A DNA stretch of 64,000 nucleotides from Marsupella aquatica (GCA_973895155.1 OZ316897.1:16660058-16724057); one strand, 5' to 3'. Positions 12,100-26,742 are shown, counted from the first letter of the stretch. Translations and numbers: made by a program. The notes: a model not told the origin generated them from the letters alone.

Positions 12100-12600
12100 G
12101 AACGAAGGCGAGCACATTTGCCCTGGGAGCATAGGTGGGATTTGCGGGAGGGGATGAGCTGCGACACTCTTCCGAGCACATTTGCCCCGGGAGCACAGAT
12201 TGGAGTTGCGGGAGGGAAGGGAAGGCATTCGCGCGTTGGTCTCACCATTTAGACCTGCAGGAGCACAGGTTGGAGTTGCGGGAGGGGAGGAGTTTTGACA
12301 CTCTTCCGAGCACATGTTTGAGTTGCAGGAGGGAAGGGAAGGCATTCGCGCGTTGGGGACCCCTATCATTGTGGAAGGCAAAAACAGTGGAAGCTCATGG
12401 ATCGGAGGCAGTGACAGCAACTAGTCTCACTATTCGTGAAGGAGCTGTGGCAGCTACGGGAGGTATTACATCGGGAGCTGCGGAGCTGTTGGAGGAGTTG
12501 TAGAGCTGCGGGAGGAGCTTCGGAGCTGCGGGAGGAGCTTCGGAGCTGCGGGAGGAGCTACGGGAGCTGCAAGAGGTTACATCAGGGAGGAGTTGCAGCA
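12100..12600. repeat. GC-rich tandem repeats (GGAG(T/C)TGCGGGAGG-containing units; 18-bp CTTCGGAGCTGCGGGAGG)
   Basis: Directly visible repeated units in the 5' region of CACTA 1. Confidence 0.7.
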
Positions 12601-15008
12601 GCGCTGGTCGGTGAGGAGCTGTTGGTCGGTCAAGAGCTGCAAAGAGGTATGACCTTATTCCCATTGGCGCCCATGTTGTGATTTGCCTGGTTGCTCTGTG
12701 CTCTCCACTTCCGGCTCCACCCCAGCCTGGGACTTGCAATGTGCTGTGTTGGGACCTGTGTTGCTGTGTGCCAGAGCTCTCTGCTTATGTTTTTTCTCTA
12801 TCTATCCCTCTCCATTTGCTACATGTTCTCTGATCTTCTATTCTATTGCCATTCGCTACATGTTCTTTGAGTTTGTTGAGTTTCAATTGGTTGTCCACCT
12901 TCTCGCCCTCTGTAGCCTATTGCATCACAAGTGCCTGCATTTCCTTCCCTGTCCCATGCTGGCTCCACTGCGACCTTCCATTAACTATCAGAGACCTAAG
13001 AAATTTAACTATCTTCAAGCTTTATTGTTTGTTTTGGCAAAATCTTCCCAAACCTGAACGGCTGCCTGCACTGCCCGCGAAAGCCTTTCGTCCTCCAAAA
13101 CCCCATGCCTCCGTAGCTGAGCGCTCCACTGATCATGCTTCTGACGAAGTATCAAGACTTGGGCTTTGAATGACTCCACCTCAGCTTTATCGTTTGTTTT
13201 GGCAAAATCTTCTTGATTGTAATCAGGCAGCGGAGATCGCAGACAGATCCAATTGCTAAGAAATGGTTTTTTCTCTCTCTGTTTCTTAGCTTTCTCCTAT
13301 TTACCACAACTAAATCAAGTGCCCGAGTTTTGACCGAGTTGTCCTCTGTCTGTCTGCTGTTGATTTCTGATTGCTACTTGCCGTATTAGTCTACTATTGA
13401 GTGCAGTTTGTTTTGTCTGCTATGTTCAGCTCAGTTTGTTGTCTTGTTGTCGTCTGGCAATTATTGCCAATTATTCTGACTGCATGAAAGGCTGTTCTAT
13501 TTAGTGCTGCCTAATTGAACATAAAAATATGCTATTAAGTTGATTGAGTTTAGGCAAATCTGGATGCCGTACCCTTGTGTTCAAAATTCTATATCTGGCA
13601 GTGTTTGCTGTGTTTGTTGTGTTCAAAATTCTATTGGCAGTGTCTGACCTAGAAAGATAACCTGATGTATCGCGAACCTTTTGAGTGTGCTCCCAAAGTC
13701 CCTGTAGATGCCACTCCTTCTCTGTTTTAAATGAGTAAACTCCTTTCCTCCATATTGAAATGTCATCCTGGACCTAAGCTGCGAGGAACTGCGAGGTGAC
13801 TCGTGACAATCTCTATGGTGCAAGGTGAGCTTGATCTCTTATTATTACAATGTAGTCCTTATTTTTCCATTGTATGATGTTTTCCTTAGTCTGTCTGTGT
13901 TCCTCAATCAATTGGTTTCCTTACTCTTCTTTTGACATCCCTCTGTATCATAGCCCTTTTCTGTTCTCTTTTTTTTATTGAAGAGAAGTGCAGGCATGTA
14001 TGGTGAATCCTCACTGGATTCCGGCAACGACTCTGTAGAATTCTGTTGCCAAAAAGTTTCAGAGTTTTGTGTATGGTTTGCCAACTGCTGTGCCACCTCA
14101 GAGAATTCCTCAGTGGCTTTTGTACAAGCCTTGCTCTTCAACTATGGTAATTTACAGCTAACTGTCTGATGTTCACACAACATCCATACACAGCAATGAA
14201 TACAACTCCATGAATACAGCCACATTATTTCCTTTGGTCTGCAAACTAGATGAAACTAAACTAAAATCAGCTTGGTCAATTTTAAATTCTTTGTAAGGGT
14301 CTCTGACAGCAGCCCGGTAATGCCACGACTGCACGAAGATAGAGTACGGTGCAGCTTTTGAAAAAGTGGGTGGACCAGCAGTTTGAAAAAGTGGGTGGAC
14401 CAGCAGCTAGCTTGTTGAGAGTAAAGCAACTTATGGTTCTGTAACAGATGTGTGCAGCAGCTTAAGATGTAGAAGGCACGCAATAAAACTTGGTTTTTAC
14501 AGATTTAAAAAAGGGCAGGGTGAGTGAGCACTGCATGTTGAACTTACAGGTCCGAATTATCTTGATTTGATTTTGCTGCTAAAATTCGTGTCTCTTGCCT
14601 GAGTCCCAGTTTGCTGGAGTTTTGTTGCTCTCTGTGCTTTGTTGTGCACATCGTTGTGTTTGTTTGTCCATTTTAAAACCTGAGAGCCAAATGAATGCTT
14701 TGCTGAAACTCAATTGCTATTTGTTCTGTGTTGCCCTTACAGATTTTAAAAAGGCAGGGTGAGTGAGCACTGCTGTACAGCAAGCGAAGGCATACAGGTT
14801 GCAATATTTGTGATTGCTTCCAATCATAGGCCAAGGTTAGGGCTCTGCTCAGCCCTAAATGCTTTGCCATCCATAAAGCATTGGTTTATGCTGCACCCTT
14901 GTGGTTACATGTCATATTTTATGCTGCACCCTCATTCCTTTGTGTCATGCTGCACCCTGTTATTCCTTCATGTTTCACAATCTGATGTAGGTCTGAGTGT
15001 GCAGGACC

Positions 15009-15667
15009 ATGGCTCGCAATAAGCAGAAGGCCATGAATCGTTGCAGAGGTGAATCCTCTCAAGCACCTCAATTGTCCTTATATTCAGACATTGAGATTAC
15101 CAGAATAGTCCACATGTATGTGCGATTTGTGATGAGGGAGGGGATCTCATTGTTTGTGATGGGCCTTGCCACCGACATTTCCATAAGAATGTTTCCTGTC
15201 CTTTGGGTCAGCAATGGCTATGCCCAACTATATCCCTGGCTGATGGCCATGTTGGAGAATGGCTTTGTGTTGATTGCAAGAATGATGAACATTCTTGCTT
15301 TAAGTGTCATGTGTCTGGAAAAATTGGTGAAGAGGTAAGAAAATGTCCAAACCCTCTCTGTGCCCGGTTTTACTGTCGGCAGTGTTTGGTTCCTAGCACA
15401 GCATCATGTGGACTCCATATTTGTCTTACTTGTGGATAGGGGCCCAATGATGGGGCTAATGGCTTTTTGGTTCAGTGCATGAGGTGTCCTAAGGCATGGC
15501 ACAAGGACTGCTTGCTGTTTATCCAGCAGAGGGGATTTGCCCATGATCGAACAATTTGGGATCACTCAGCGCATGGGCAGCCCAAGAAGGGGATGTTTTA
15601 CTGTCCTGACCATGACATTGACCCTACACTAGGCACTCCTACTAGGAGCCACATATCTTGGATTTGA
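15009..15667 (+). pseudogene. EDM2-like composite PHD-finger module captured in a CACTA element
   Basis: Frame 15095..15667 reads VCAICDEGGDLIVCDGPCHRHFH...WLCVDCKNDEHSCFKC...KCPNPLCARFYCRQC...CGLHICLTC*...CMRCPKAWHKDCL...RTIWD...MFYCPDHDIDPTLGTPTRSHISW. Frameshift near 15094 relative to ATG 15009; TAG at 15437. Confidence 0.8.
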
Positions 15668-16264
15668 TTGAGGCTGGATCGAACACAAACTTGAGATAGA
15701 GCTTTTTCATGGTTTCACGTGGACTTAAACAATTTTCAGAGTGCTAAAACATGTGGACTATTTATATGCAGTTTGATGAACTCCTCATGTATACACACTC
15801 TACGACAGTGCATTGCGGATTGAGGCAATTAATTTTGAGAAATCAACTTTATTATCTTTTCCAGGGTAGGATTCTGATTTTCAAGCATGTACTTTGAGTG
15901 TGACTTTCCTCCATATTGATGTCTAAACTTCACTTGTAAATTTGTCACTGGTGTCACAAACGTTACTTATTCCAGACCTGTCTGCTCACATTCCTAATAG
16001 GCAAACAAATACTGGAAATGATGAAGGCACAGAGATTTACATTCATAGTATCATTCTGATGACACTGTATGTGATGCTCTATTTGTATGCAAGGAGAAGG
16101 TGCCCTACTACAGTGGATTTGAGAAACTGGGCTCTGTGGGTTTGAGCAATTGGACTGTGGTTGGCATCGGTTGTACAACTGTGATGGTAGGCCCAATTTT
16201 GTATGCATGTCACTCTGATTCAGTTTGAAAATCATAGTTTGAATACAATTTCAATCAAGCTAGC

Positions 16265-19200
16265 ATGGCACAATTGCCACAGAATACGTTAGGTGTGGGT
16301 AGAACTCCAAAGTTGCCGCTCTTCCATCCAGCTAGAGTACAACATCGTGATGATGCTTTGTGGGTTCGAGAACAGAAGGCCTGCCACAAGAGTGGGGACC
16401 ATAAGATGTACTGCCCTTGTGTGAACTGCAAAGGGAATTATAGGACTAATCGGAATACTGCTAGACTGCACCTTATTAAACATGGTCGGTACCCTGCATG
16501 TCGAGTGTGGGTGGGAGAGGGACAGGACTCTTCTGATGAAGAGTGGGGTGCTGACTACATGTCACAACATGGCCCTGAGGCATTGAGGGTAGCAAACCTT
16601 CAGCAGGCAACCTGTGCACAACAACCAACTGTAGATGTTGAAGAACATTTATTTGTAGATGTTCCAGAGTATCCAATTGTGGATGTTCCAGAGTATCCAA
16701 CTGTGGATGTTCCAGAACATCCAACTATAGATGTCGAAGAACATATCAGGGCTCTACTGGAAGAAACGTTGCTGAGAACCAGTGAAGAATCCCCTGAGCA
16801 TGAGCTAGATGATCAGGACCGTTTTGACTTGGATTTTGTACTTGGGGATGATGAGAGTGAAGGAGGTGCCCATCCTGTAAACCCCCTTGAAACCTCCAAA
16901 ACTCCTGTGGAGACTGATCCTGCACAGTTATCTTTAGATGCAGCAATGCAACCTTTGTTCCCAGGCAGCAAAATAGATGTTGTGTCATTCATGTTGCTTC
17001 TGCTGAACATCTGTCATGGCCATGGATTCTCAAACAAAGGAGTGAATGCATTGTTGTCTTTGATGGGGGAGCATGGTATGCCTACAGAGCATAATCTGCC
17101 CAAGAACTTATATGCTGCAAAGCAGCTATTGAGAAAGCTTGGCTTGGATTATGAGAGAATCCCTGTCTGTGAGAAAGGTTGTATGCTCTTAAGGGGTGAG
17201 AATGCCAAGTTAGAAAACTGTTCAGTGTGTCAGCAGCCCAAGATGAAGAGAGTGGGGAATTCATTACAGGCAAGGAAGGTAGTGCGGTATTTCCCTATAA
17301 TTCCCAGGTTGAAGAGATTGTATGCCACTGCTGGTACATCTAAACTCATGACTTGGCATCATGAGAATAGAAGCACAGACAACATGGTTTGGCACGCAGC
17401 AGATTCAAAGGCTTGGAAGCATGTGGATACAAATATTGATCGGGAATTTGCAGCTGAACCAAGGAATGTGCGATTTGGGTTGGCACTTGATGGGGTGAAT
17501 CCCTTTGGGAATAATTCCACAGCTTGGTCTACCTGGCCAATACTGTTGTTGAATTACAATTTACCTCCTTGGCTTACCACCAAGAAGTTCTTTGTCATGC
17601 TAGCTATGCTGATTCCAGGACCTGATTCAGTAACAGAGGAACAGCTAGACATAATATTGGGCCCATTCTATGAGGAGTTGGAGCTGTTGTGGAAGAAAGG
17701 AGTGCCCTGCTTTGACAAATTGCCACGCCCAGGATTGTCTCAACACTTCAACCTTAGGGCTGTGCTATTGTGGACAATCAATGATTACCCTGCATATGGT
17801 TTAATATCTGGACAACAACACTCTGGATACAAAGGATGTGTCATCTGTGGGCCAGAATGTGTGGCACGTGGTTCTAAGCACTTGCAGAAATTAGAGTACA
17901 GTGGCCACCGTCGATGGTTAGCAGCAAGGCATCTTTTTCGTAGACCAGATAGTGCACAATACTTTGATGGTGCAATTGAGAGTCGACCTGCACCGTGTAG
18001 AATGACAAGCTCTGATAGAAAGAAGTGGGGAGACGAGACAACAGAATATTTGAAGAAGGGAGGAACCAAGGTTGAGGATGAGAAATGCCCCATAAAGGTG
18101 CATGGAGTGAAGAGGGCTACTGGTCTGTACAAGTTGCCCTATTGGAATGTAAGACTCCATACTACTACAATGAATTTCTGCAATCTCTTCATATGACTTT
18201 GAAATATATTCTCTTCATATACTTCCTGTAGCCCAGATTTTGTAATTGTTGTATTCAATGCACTAATTTCTGAATTGTGTCCACTGCACAAACTACTGCC
18301 CAGTGATGCCAAAAGTTGTATTCAATGCCCTAATTTCTGAATTGTGTGTCCACTGCAGAAACTACTCATTAACCATTGTCTAGATCCCATGCACTGTGAG
18401 AAGAATCTTGCACACAACATTGTGCACACTATCATTGGGACCAAGGACACTCCTTCTGTGAGAGAAGACATGAAGCTCTTACAGGTGCACCAACACCTAT
18501 GGCTTGTACCCAATCCAGCTCCCAAGCGTAAGGATGACAAATTGTTGATGCCCCCAGCCCCATATTGCCTGAGCAAGAAGGAAAGAACAAGGTTCTTGGA
18601 GGTTTTATTGACCTTGAAAGGGCCCACTGGTTTTTCAAGTTCTTTGGCAAAGTGTGTTACAAAATCCAAGAAACTCTCTGGGTTGAAATCACATGATTTC
18701 CACCAACTCATGCAACAGATTCTCCCTCTGGCAACAATGGGATTACTTGATGAAGGGGTTCGCTTGGCCATAGCTGGGGTGAGCAATATCTATCGCCAGA
18801 TCTGTATGAAGGTGTGGGACCCTTCAATGTATGAGAATTTGATGATGGATGTTGCATTCACTCTCTGCATTTTGGAAATCCATTTTCCACCAAGCTTCTT
18901 TGATGTCATGACCCATTTAATGATTCACCTAGTGGAGGAATTAGACTTGTGTGGCCCAGTTACAGGCAGATGGATGTACCCAATAGAGAGGAACCTGAAG
19001 GTATTGAAGGGTTATGTACGAAACAAGGCACGTCCAGAGGCTTCTATGGCTGAAGGCTATGTATTAGATGAGTCTTTGGGATTTCTTTCTGAATACATGA
19101 TTGATGCAAAGGGAGAGGGAAAACAAACCTGGGAGTTGGAGGAGGATGCTGGCGTTGCAGGCATTGTTTTGGAAGGGGCTGCAAAGGCGATAACTTTGGA

Positions 19201-20258
19201 TTGGTCTGAAATGATGGCCATGCATCATTATATATTAGAGAATGAAGAGACAGTGGCTCCATGGTACAGGTACATAAACCCTAGAAACTCTCCTATCCTT
19301 AGGCATATGGATCATAATTATGTTGCCCCATTGTGTTTGTATATTCATGGTGGATCGTGCACTAATGTCTTCAGTGTTGTTGTTGCCATGCAGGATATAT
19401 GATGCTACCAATGAGACTGTTACCAAACGAAGAGTGGATTTCCGGAAGGAGTGGATGAGGAAGCCTGCCAATCGAAGAAAACCAGTGGAATTTCCCGTAG
19501 ACTGCCAAGAATTGCCACCTTTCAGGGAATGGTTTCAAACATTAGTCAATACCCATAATTTTGAGAAAGAGTCTGAGCGGTCATTACTATCTGCATACTC
19601 CACACCACCTAGTTTGAAGGCACGACTATATAGGGCATGTAGAGCCTATGGGCACCATTGGAGGACTATTCCATCCTTGGGGTGTTTGAGTGATTGTGAT
19701 TCTGGTGCTTTCAGCACTTTTGATTCTGGGATGGCTTCTACATTCACTGAGAAGCGAGTGGACAGGTCTGGTGCAACCATAGAAGAATCTGTACAGTATG
19801 TAGGGGCCTTGACAGATATCTTGGTACTGAATTATGGCAGCTTGAGGAAAGAGGTGATTCTTTTCAAAGGGAAATGGGCAGATCCATCATGGACTCCTAA
19901 ATCCTCTGCCAGTATGAGGTATACCAAGTCTGGTCTTTGGCAGGTGAATTTCCATAGAGAACTGGGTGTGTCCAAGAAAATGGATTACGTTTTCCCAAAG
20001 CAAGTGGAGCAGGTTTTCTTCCACCCCAATGAGAAGGGGATAGCATGGAGAACAATCCTCCACAAAGAATCCAGGTCCACAAGGGTGTTAGGTGATTACA
20101 CAGACGTTGATTTCCATGCTACAATGGAAAACAATGCCAAATTACACATCGAATTGGCTAAGGCCTGTAGGTCCAGAGAAAATCCAGGACCAAGTACTGG
20201 TCCCAAACGAGGCAAAGATGCAGAGGGATCTGCAAGAAAGGGCAGGCCTAAGCAGTGA
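16265..20258 (+). CDS. CACTA TnpD transposase (Transposase_21, DUF4218, DUF4216), three exons, apparently intact
   Basis: MYCPCVNC, RNVRFGLALDGVNPFG, STWPILLLNYNLPPW, WTINDYPAYG, LDPMHCEKN, GLKSHDFH, FFDVMTHL, RWMYPIER. Exons 16265-18148, 18359-19269 and 19394-20258 join in frame over GT-AG introns. Confidence 0.92.
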
Positions 20259-20688
20259 ATAGGTTTTAGCTAGGTGTGTGAAGTCCATAGATGGACTACA
20301 TGTATGGACTATTTATGAAATCAGACTAATGGTTTACCCATTTGTGCAGTTGGTGAATGCAGCCTGTGAAAGGAAGATTGCAAGGGTTGTCACATTCTGT
20401 GAATCCTTATGAGGAGGCCCGAAATCGGAACATAGAGCATAATGTCAGAATTATGTGTGATCTAGGACTGGGGCCAGACTGCAAGCTGATGTGTGTGTTG
20501 ATATGTCTATTGCAAATTTGATTCAGTAGATGGAGTTGTCAGGTTCATGTTCTGTTTTCATATTCCAGATTGGTCTCATACTAGTATGGATCCTGTACAT
20601 AAGTACTAGTGTTACGGTGTTGTAGATTCATTTTGCATGTATGTTTGATCTGCATTGGTGTATGTTGATGATTGCTTTGTTCCTTAGA

Positions 20689-23524
20689 GGCCCAACCACA
20701 CATGTACAACGAGAGAGAGGAAAGCCTGCTTTGGTGAAAGGTACTTCAACTGAAACATTGCCAAAGAGGAGGAGCTCTAGACTATCAGAAGTTACCAAGG
20801 TGAACATGGCAGAGTTTGGTGATGATGGCTATGGTTCTCCTTCTGAGTATGACACTGAGGATTCTGACATTGGAGGGTCAGAACCAGAGAGTGCACAACA
20901 GGTAATGCTTGAACTTCATCATCCTAATAGGAAGGGATCCTTGTCCCTTTTTCAAATTATATGTTGATATGCTTACGTTGTCCATGATGTAGGTACAGAA
21001 ACAAAATCGTGGTCCTAAGAAGACTGGGCCTGGTGGAGGTGGGCTAGTGAGATGTTGGAAAGACCCAGACACTGGACTCTTATATGAAAGTGAGTGGATT
21101 GTACTGTTCTACTTTTCAGGTGTGTTTGGAAGTTGATATTCTACTTGGAAATGAAATTAATTGAAGTGCTTTGGTGTTGTGTGTTTGTTTAGTGGTTCCA
21201 TCAGCATCTAAAGGCAGATCAGGTCAATCTGATGTACTACATTCCAGAGGATCTTCAGGTAATACACAATCTGCTCGTCATGCATATGCAAGTACATTTG
21301 CTCAACTTTTCAATCATGTACATATTTTTTGATTGAATGCATGTGTGTGCATTGCAGGAGGGGCCTCTGAGATGCGCAGGGAACGAAGGCATGCTAAGAA
21401 GCAGTTTGATAATACTGCCAAACAACGAAGGGATTGCGGAGAGGTGCCCAAACACATTAAAGTGAGTATTGTACTTGTTTGTAGATTTAGACAAATCTGA
21501 TCCTCTCTGTTGTTGTGTGTATAAAACCTGGACTCTGCATAAATTCCAGAGTTATGATCTGACATTGTCTGTGAAATGCAGATTTATGACAATGATATTG
21601 ATGATTCTGATGGCAACAAACAATACTGGCTGGAGGAACTTCGTGGCAACGTACTCAGAGTCTTTGATGTATCAAAGCCAAAATGGACTGATCATCCACA
21701 AGTTCATACAACCACAGTGTGGAATAACATGGCAGCTGAGTGGGAGTATGTGGGTGGGGAATTTATTAAGACCAAATTCCAGAGTCATTGTCGTGGCATA
21801 TTGAAGAGAGAGCGCCATAAAATGCATGTTTATTGGAAGAAAGTTTGCAATGAGGATCCAACCAAACCTGGGCCATCTGGTGTTGATCCAAAGAAATGGG
21901 CAGCTTTGGTATCTCATTTTACCAGTCCAACATTGATATCTTTGAGTAAACAGATGACTGATAAAAGAGCACGAGTGCAAGATACCTCTCACTTTGGAAG
22001 GGGAGGGCATGCTGTAGCAGCAAAGAGAATGGTAAATTGTCTATCATTTTCACTATCAATTCTGTCTTGTTTGTGAATCTTGATGAAAACAAACTCTATG
22101 ATTTCTCATTCATTGTGTGTTTGAACAGAAGCAGAAGAGAGGATCAAGCCCAGGTATATCTGACCTGAAAGAAAACCATGGTAGTCAGGGTTCATTGCCA
22201 AAGGTGACAATGAGCCCATCATTGGCAAGTGCAGAAGGTCAGACTGGTAGTTTTGTGGGAGCAAAGGTGAGCCCATCATTGGCAAGTGGGGAGGGTAAAA
22301 GTGCTAGCTTACTGGGGCAAGGAAACAGACATGGATCAGCTGTGAGTATTGTCATACCAATTTGATTTGTACATCATTCTCCATTTGACAGAGCCAGTGT
22401 TGTGTCGTTTGTAAGTTTGACAGTGAGACTATTGTGTTGGTTTGTGGTTCATTTACAGACCCCACATTCAAAAGAAGAGATCACTGCCATTGGGGCTGTG
22501 AAATTGGATGTCGCTGAGTTGAAAGGCACTGTGAGGGAGTTGACAAACATGATGACTACGTGGATGGCACATCACCCCAGTAATGCACAAGTTCCAACAG
22601 TTGTGCCTAGTCACAGTAAGTTGACTACAACTACCAAACAAGGTAGTAGAAAGCGATCTCTTACTTTTTCAGGCGATAATGAAGGTAAAATTCTCTATCA
22701 TGTATACACTGTCCATTCAATGTAATTATTGTGATGTGTATATGTCATTGCATGTTTATAATGTTCTTGCATGTTTTTAGTGTGATTATATGTTGCTGGT
22801 GTATACATGTTTGTTTATGCATTTCTTTTGTGTGTGTTTTATGACAGCATCTTTAGGGGAGCCTCCTGTGTCGCAGGGAAGACCAACTGACACAGCTAAC
22901 AGTACTCTAAAGCAAACTGAATTGGAAGTGAACCTTTTGCCATCTAAGTTGCCCAAAGAAGCCATTTCAGATGCCTTTCAGTTGCCAGAGGATAAGTCGA
23001 CTCAGTTGACACCAGATGTAACCCCAGAATCATCTGAGTTGCCAAAAGAAACTCCCATTCCAAGTGAACAGGATGACACTCCATCAACTAGAAAGGGAAA
23101 GAAGAAAAGGAAGAAAGGATCCTCAGCAAATGCATCACCTGCACAGAAGAAACCAATGCAGTCTCCTAACCCCGTTGCAAAGGTAAATGTGTGTTTGATT
23201 TGAGTGTTCTTCTATCTTTCAATTTCTGTTTATTGCATTTTTAACAAAATGTGTTGTTCACAGTTTGCAAGAGGAGATTTGGTGAAGATGAAGAGCGTTG
23301 TGGACAATTCCATGATAGTGGCAGAAGGTGAGGTGACAGGGCTGCCAGGAGAAGATAAGTTTCATTGTGCAGATTTTGAAAGCCCTTTCTTGCGAGTGCG
23401 TGTGATTGAAGTGTTTGTAGATGTGGCATTGCCATTTGCCAATTCAGGGGAGAACCAGTCTAAATTATCTGATGTGAAAGGGATGAATGCCCTATGGAAC
23501 TCTAGATTGCTTAAGAAGCAATAG
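20689..23524 (+). CDS. CACTA TnpA-like multi-exon gene (Transposase_24-like core, C-terminal Tnp1/DUF8039-like domain)
   Basis: Exon 21582-22031 PSGVDPKKWAALVSHF...SKQMTDKRARV..SHFGRGG; last exon VAEGEV...FH...FLRVRVIEVFVDVALPF...ALW; many GT-AG flanked short exons; 5' exons uncertain. Confidence 0.75.
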
Positions 23525-23879
23525 AAATAGCACTCTATCAAGAAACAATAGACATGATAGAATGACAACTCTGTTTTTCTATAAACATGCAGAGTGATTG
23601 GTATGTTAGGTTGTAACAATTGACAATCTAATATTATTGATGTCAATGTAATTTTGTTTCATAAATTTGCATTGAGTTCAATATTTACCGTGAGACTTAT
23701 GAAGGTATCTTGTATGAATATCAATTGGATTTGTGATATATATCGAATGTTTCTTTAAGTTTTCATTTAGCAACTCTATTGAATGGTTTTGTAATGTATG
23801 ATTTTTGATTGACATCAAGTTTTATCTATCATGATCACTTAAATTTGAATTTCTCCAAATCATTGAATACTTCGTCTGA

Positions 23880-24608
23880 ATGACTGGCTTGAATGATTAA
23901 ATGATTGGCTAGAATGACTGATGTAATGGTCATTATTCACAACTATCTTTGTGACCAATATGACTCAACTCTGGTCATTAAAGACATAGACTAAATGATT
24001 CAAAGAATGACATATACAATGACCTTTCTCATGGTCATTATAAACAAGTCCACTATGACTCACTTTATGTCATTCAAGACATGTCATTAATGACTAATGT
24101 ATATCTTTACGTGTCTTCTCCCAATTGAACCACGTGTCTCAATATGACTTGTTTATACTGTAGTCATTTTGGACACGTCCAAAATGACCCAAATATATTG
24201 CCAAATGGTGAATCCTCTTTGAACCACGTGTCACTATTTGATTTGTTATATAATGTACGTCATTTTGGACAAGTCCAAAATGACCAATGTTATTTGTTTT
24301 TTTATTGCCACATGTCGTTGTGTGATTGGGTATGGGGACCATCGACGGTCAACGGCAATTGACCGTCGATGGTGATTTGTGTCGTCATTTTGGACCGTTC
24401 AACATTTATGACCATATCATAAAAACGGTCATTTAGGATAGTATGAAATGACCACATGTTTTTAGCGTCATTTGTCCAAAAGGACCGTGACCAAAATGTC
24501 CGTTGTGACGTGTCTGGAAAGACGAGAACAATTGCGTCATTGTTTTGTTAAAAAGACCTGATTAATAGTCATTGTTTCGGTCATAAAATACATTGTTTTC
24601 TACTAGTG
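23880..24608. repeat. CACTA 1 subterminal repeats and 3' TIR
   Basis: Dozens of ATGAC/GTCAT in both orientations ending in ...CTACTAGTG. Confidence 0.85.
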
Positions 24609-26742
24609 CCACGTGTCTTCCAATTGAAGGGAATCATTATGTGGACCATGCATGACTATCCAGGTGAGTGGTATGGATTTGTATTTTTTCATGTATTGGA
24701 GATCAAGTTTGTTTGGAAGGAAGTCCCTCTTTAATTCTATGTACATGAACTTTTCAATTCCTTTGACTCTAATTGAGAATGTTATTTTGTGAGCAGGGTT
24801 TGGGTTTGTTTCTGGGTTCCAAACTCAAGGGTACAAGGCATGCTCCACTTGTGGTCCAAGCCTTCACGATATGGCCAAGTACTCAAAATGGTTGCACAAG
24901 ATAATCTACCTTGGTCATACCAAGTTTCTTCCACTTGGGCATCACATGAGGTCTGACCCCCTTTTGTTTTCAGACTTTGACATGATCAATGGTGATGAGC
25001 GTGAGATACCTGACCGCACAACATTTTCGTATTGGAAATCCATAGCTGATAGGGTGGCAGACCCTGAAGATGCCATGGGATTTTATGGTAGTGGATTGAC
25101 AAGGTGGAGTATACTGGCCACTTTGCCCTATTGGCCTGAGTTGAAGATTCATCACTTGTTAGACCCCATGCATATAGAGGGAAATGTTGGGAAGGCTTTG
25201 ATCAAGCACTTTTATGGGGAAAAGAACATTAATTTTAGGGAGGCATGCCAGGATCTAGAACGACATCCAGATGTATGGATAATAGTTGATGAATCCATAG
25301 GGATGGAACATCGTCCTTCAGCTCCATCGGTTTTGAGTTTTGGTGAAAGAAGAGAGTTTCGACAATGCATAGGGCAGATGCGGTTTCCTACAGGCTATGG
25401 TGCCAATCTACGTAAGGCTTTTGGGATGGAGGACAGTCATAAATGGCCAATGTATCTCAAGACACATGACTATCATCGTTTACTACAACATATACTTCCT
25501 GTGGCAATCATAGGTTTGGGGAGTGAAGAAGTGCAAGACGCCCTTTGGTCACTGGGCACTTTGTTGAGATGGATATGCTCAAAGGAAATATATGAAGAAG
25601 AGATACCACGGATGGAGGTATTGGCAGCAGAGGTGGTATGCAAGCTGGAGAAGGCCCTCCCTCCTTCCTTCTTTGATTGTCAGGTGCATCTTCTCGTTCA
25701 TCTTGTGAGGGAGGTTGCCATTGCCGGTCCGGTGCATTGTAGGTGGATATATTGGCTGGAAAGGTATATGGCCGTGTTAAAGGCTTATGTACGGAACCGT
25801 GCACGAGTGGAGGGGAGCATGGCAACTGGATACTTGGCAGTTGAGAGTATGTTTTATTGTAGTAACATCTTAGCTACCATTGATCCTAGTTGTCCACGCA
25901 CTTGGATGGAAGAGAGGGAAATGGAGGAGGACCGTTTAACAGGTGCAAAAAAAACACGCTTACTAACCGCAGTGGAGTTGACACAGGTTAGTACTTTCAT
26001 GTTGAGTAACAGCAATGTGATGGAAGATTGGAGAGAGTTTTATGAGGATGCAAAGAGGGAGAGTCGTCGCCCAAGGATCTTTCCAAAGTTCCTTGAGTAT
26101 ATGAAGGAGAAAGTACTTCAGTTGGATGCTATGGTGGCCCAAGGTGAGAATGTATCACATTTTCCAGATATGACTCCTGAGGTTCGAACAATTGTTCATG
26201 GTCCTTTAAGACTTGTTCAGACCAGAACAGCAATGTGGACACAAGGGAGGCATTTCAGGATTTCTGACCTTGATGAGAAGAGGGGAAGAACTTTTGATTG
26301 TGGAGTTCAAGGGCAGTTCATGCAAGATTCACAAAGTAGCCGTCATGACACTAATATGATCAGAGATGTGGTGCCTCACTATGGGAAGATTGAGGAGATC
26401 TTGATCATATCCTATGATGCCGATTCCAAATTTGAAGAGTATGTCTTCAAGTATAAGTGGTTCAAAATTCACCTGGTTGGTGATAATCACACGGTACTTC
26501 TTGATGAGTGTGGGTTTACTCGACTGAAGACATCAGCAACTAGCTTTCAACCATCTCATTGGCAAACATCTGAACCATTTACATTCCCAAGTCACCTTGA
26601 GCAGTGTTTCTATATTCCGTACCCACCAGACCCAGAGTGGTCAGTTGTTATACCGTATGTGCCACGGTCCCGTTCCATTATCTCGGAAAAACCTGATGTT
26701 ATTATTGTGTCAAATGGAGGAGAGGATGAGGACCAGGTTTGA
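24609..26742 (+). pseudogene. CACTA TnpD transposase, C-terminal two-thirds
   Basis: FQLKGIIMWTMHDYP, intron 24664-24796, then GFGFVSG..QGYKACSTC, LDPMHIEGN, LKTHDYH, FFDCQVHLLVHL, RWIYWLERY and a DUF4216-like tail. Confidence 0.9.

Larger units (their letters stand above)
11741..24608 (+). mobile_element. CACTA/EnSpm transposon 1 (5' end not in window, presumably beyond the nested Gypsy element)
   Basis: TnpD and TnpA-like genes; 3' terminus TTTTCTACTAGTG at 24596..24608 (reverse complement CACTAGTAGAAAA); dense ATGAC/GTCAT subterminal repeats. Confidence 0.85.
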
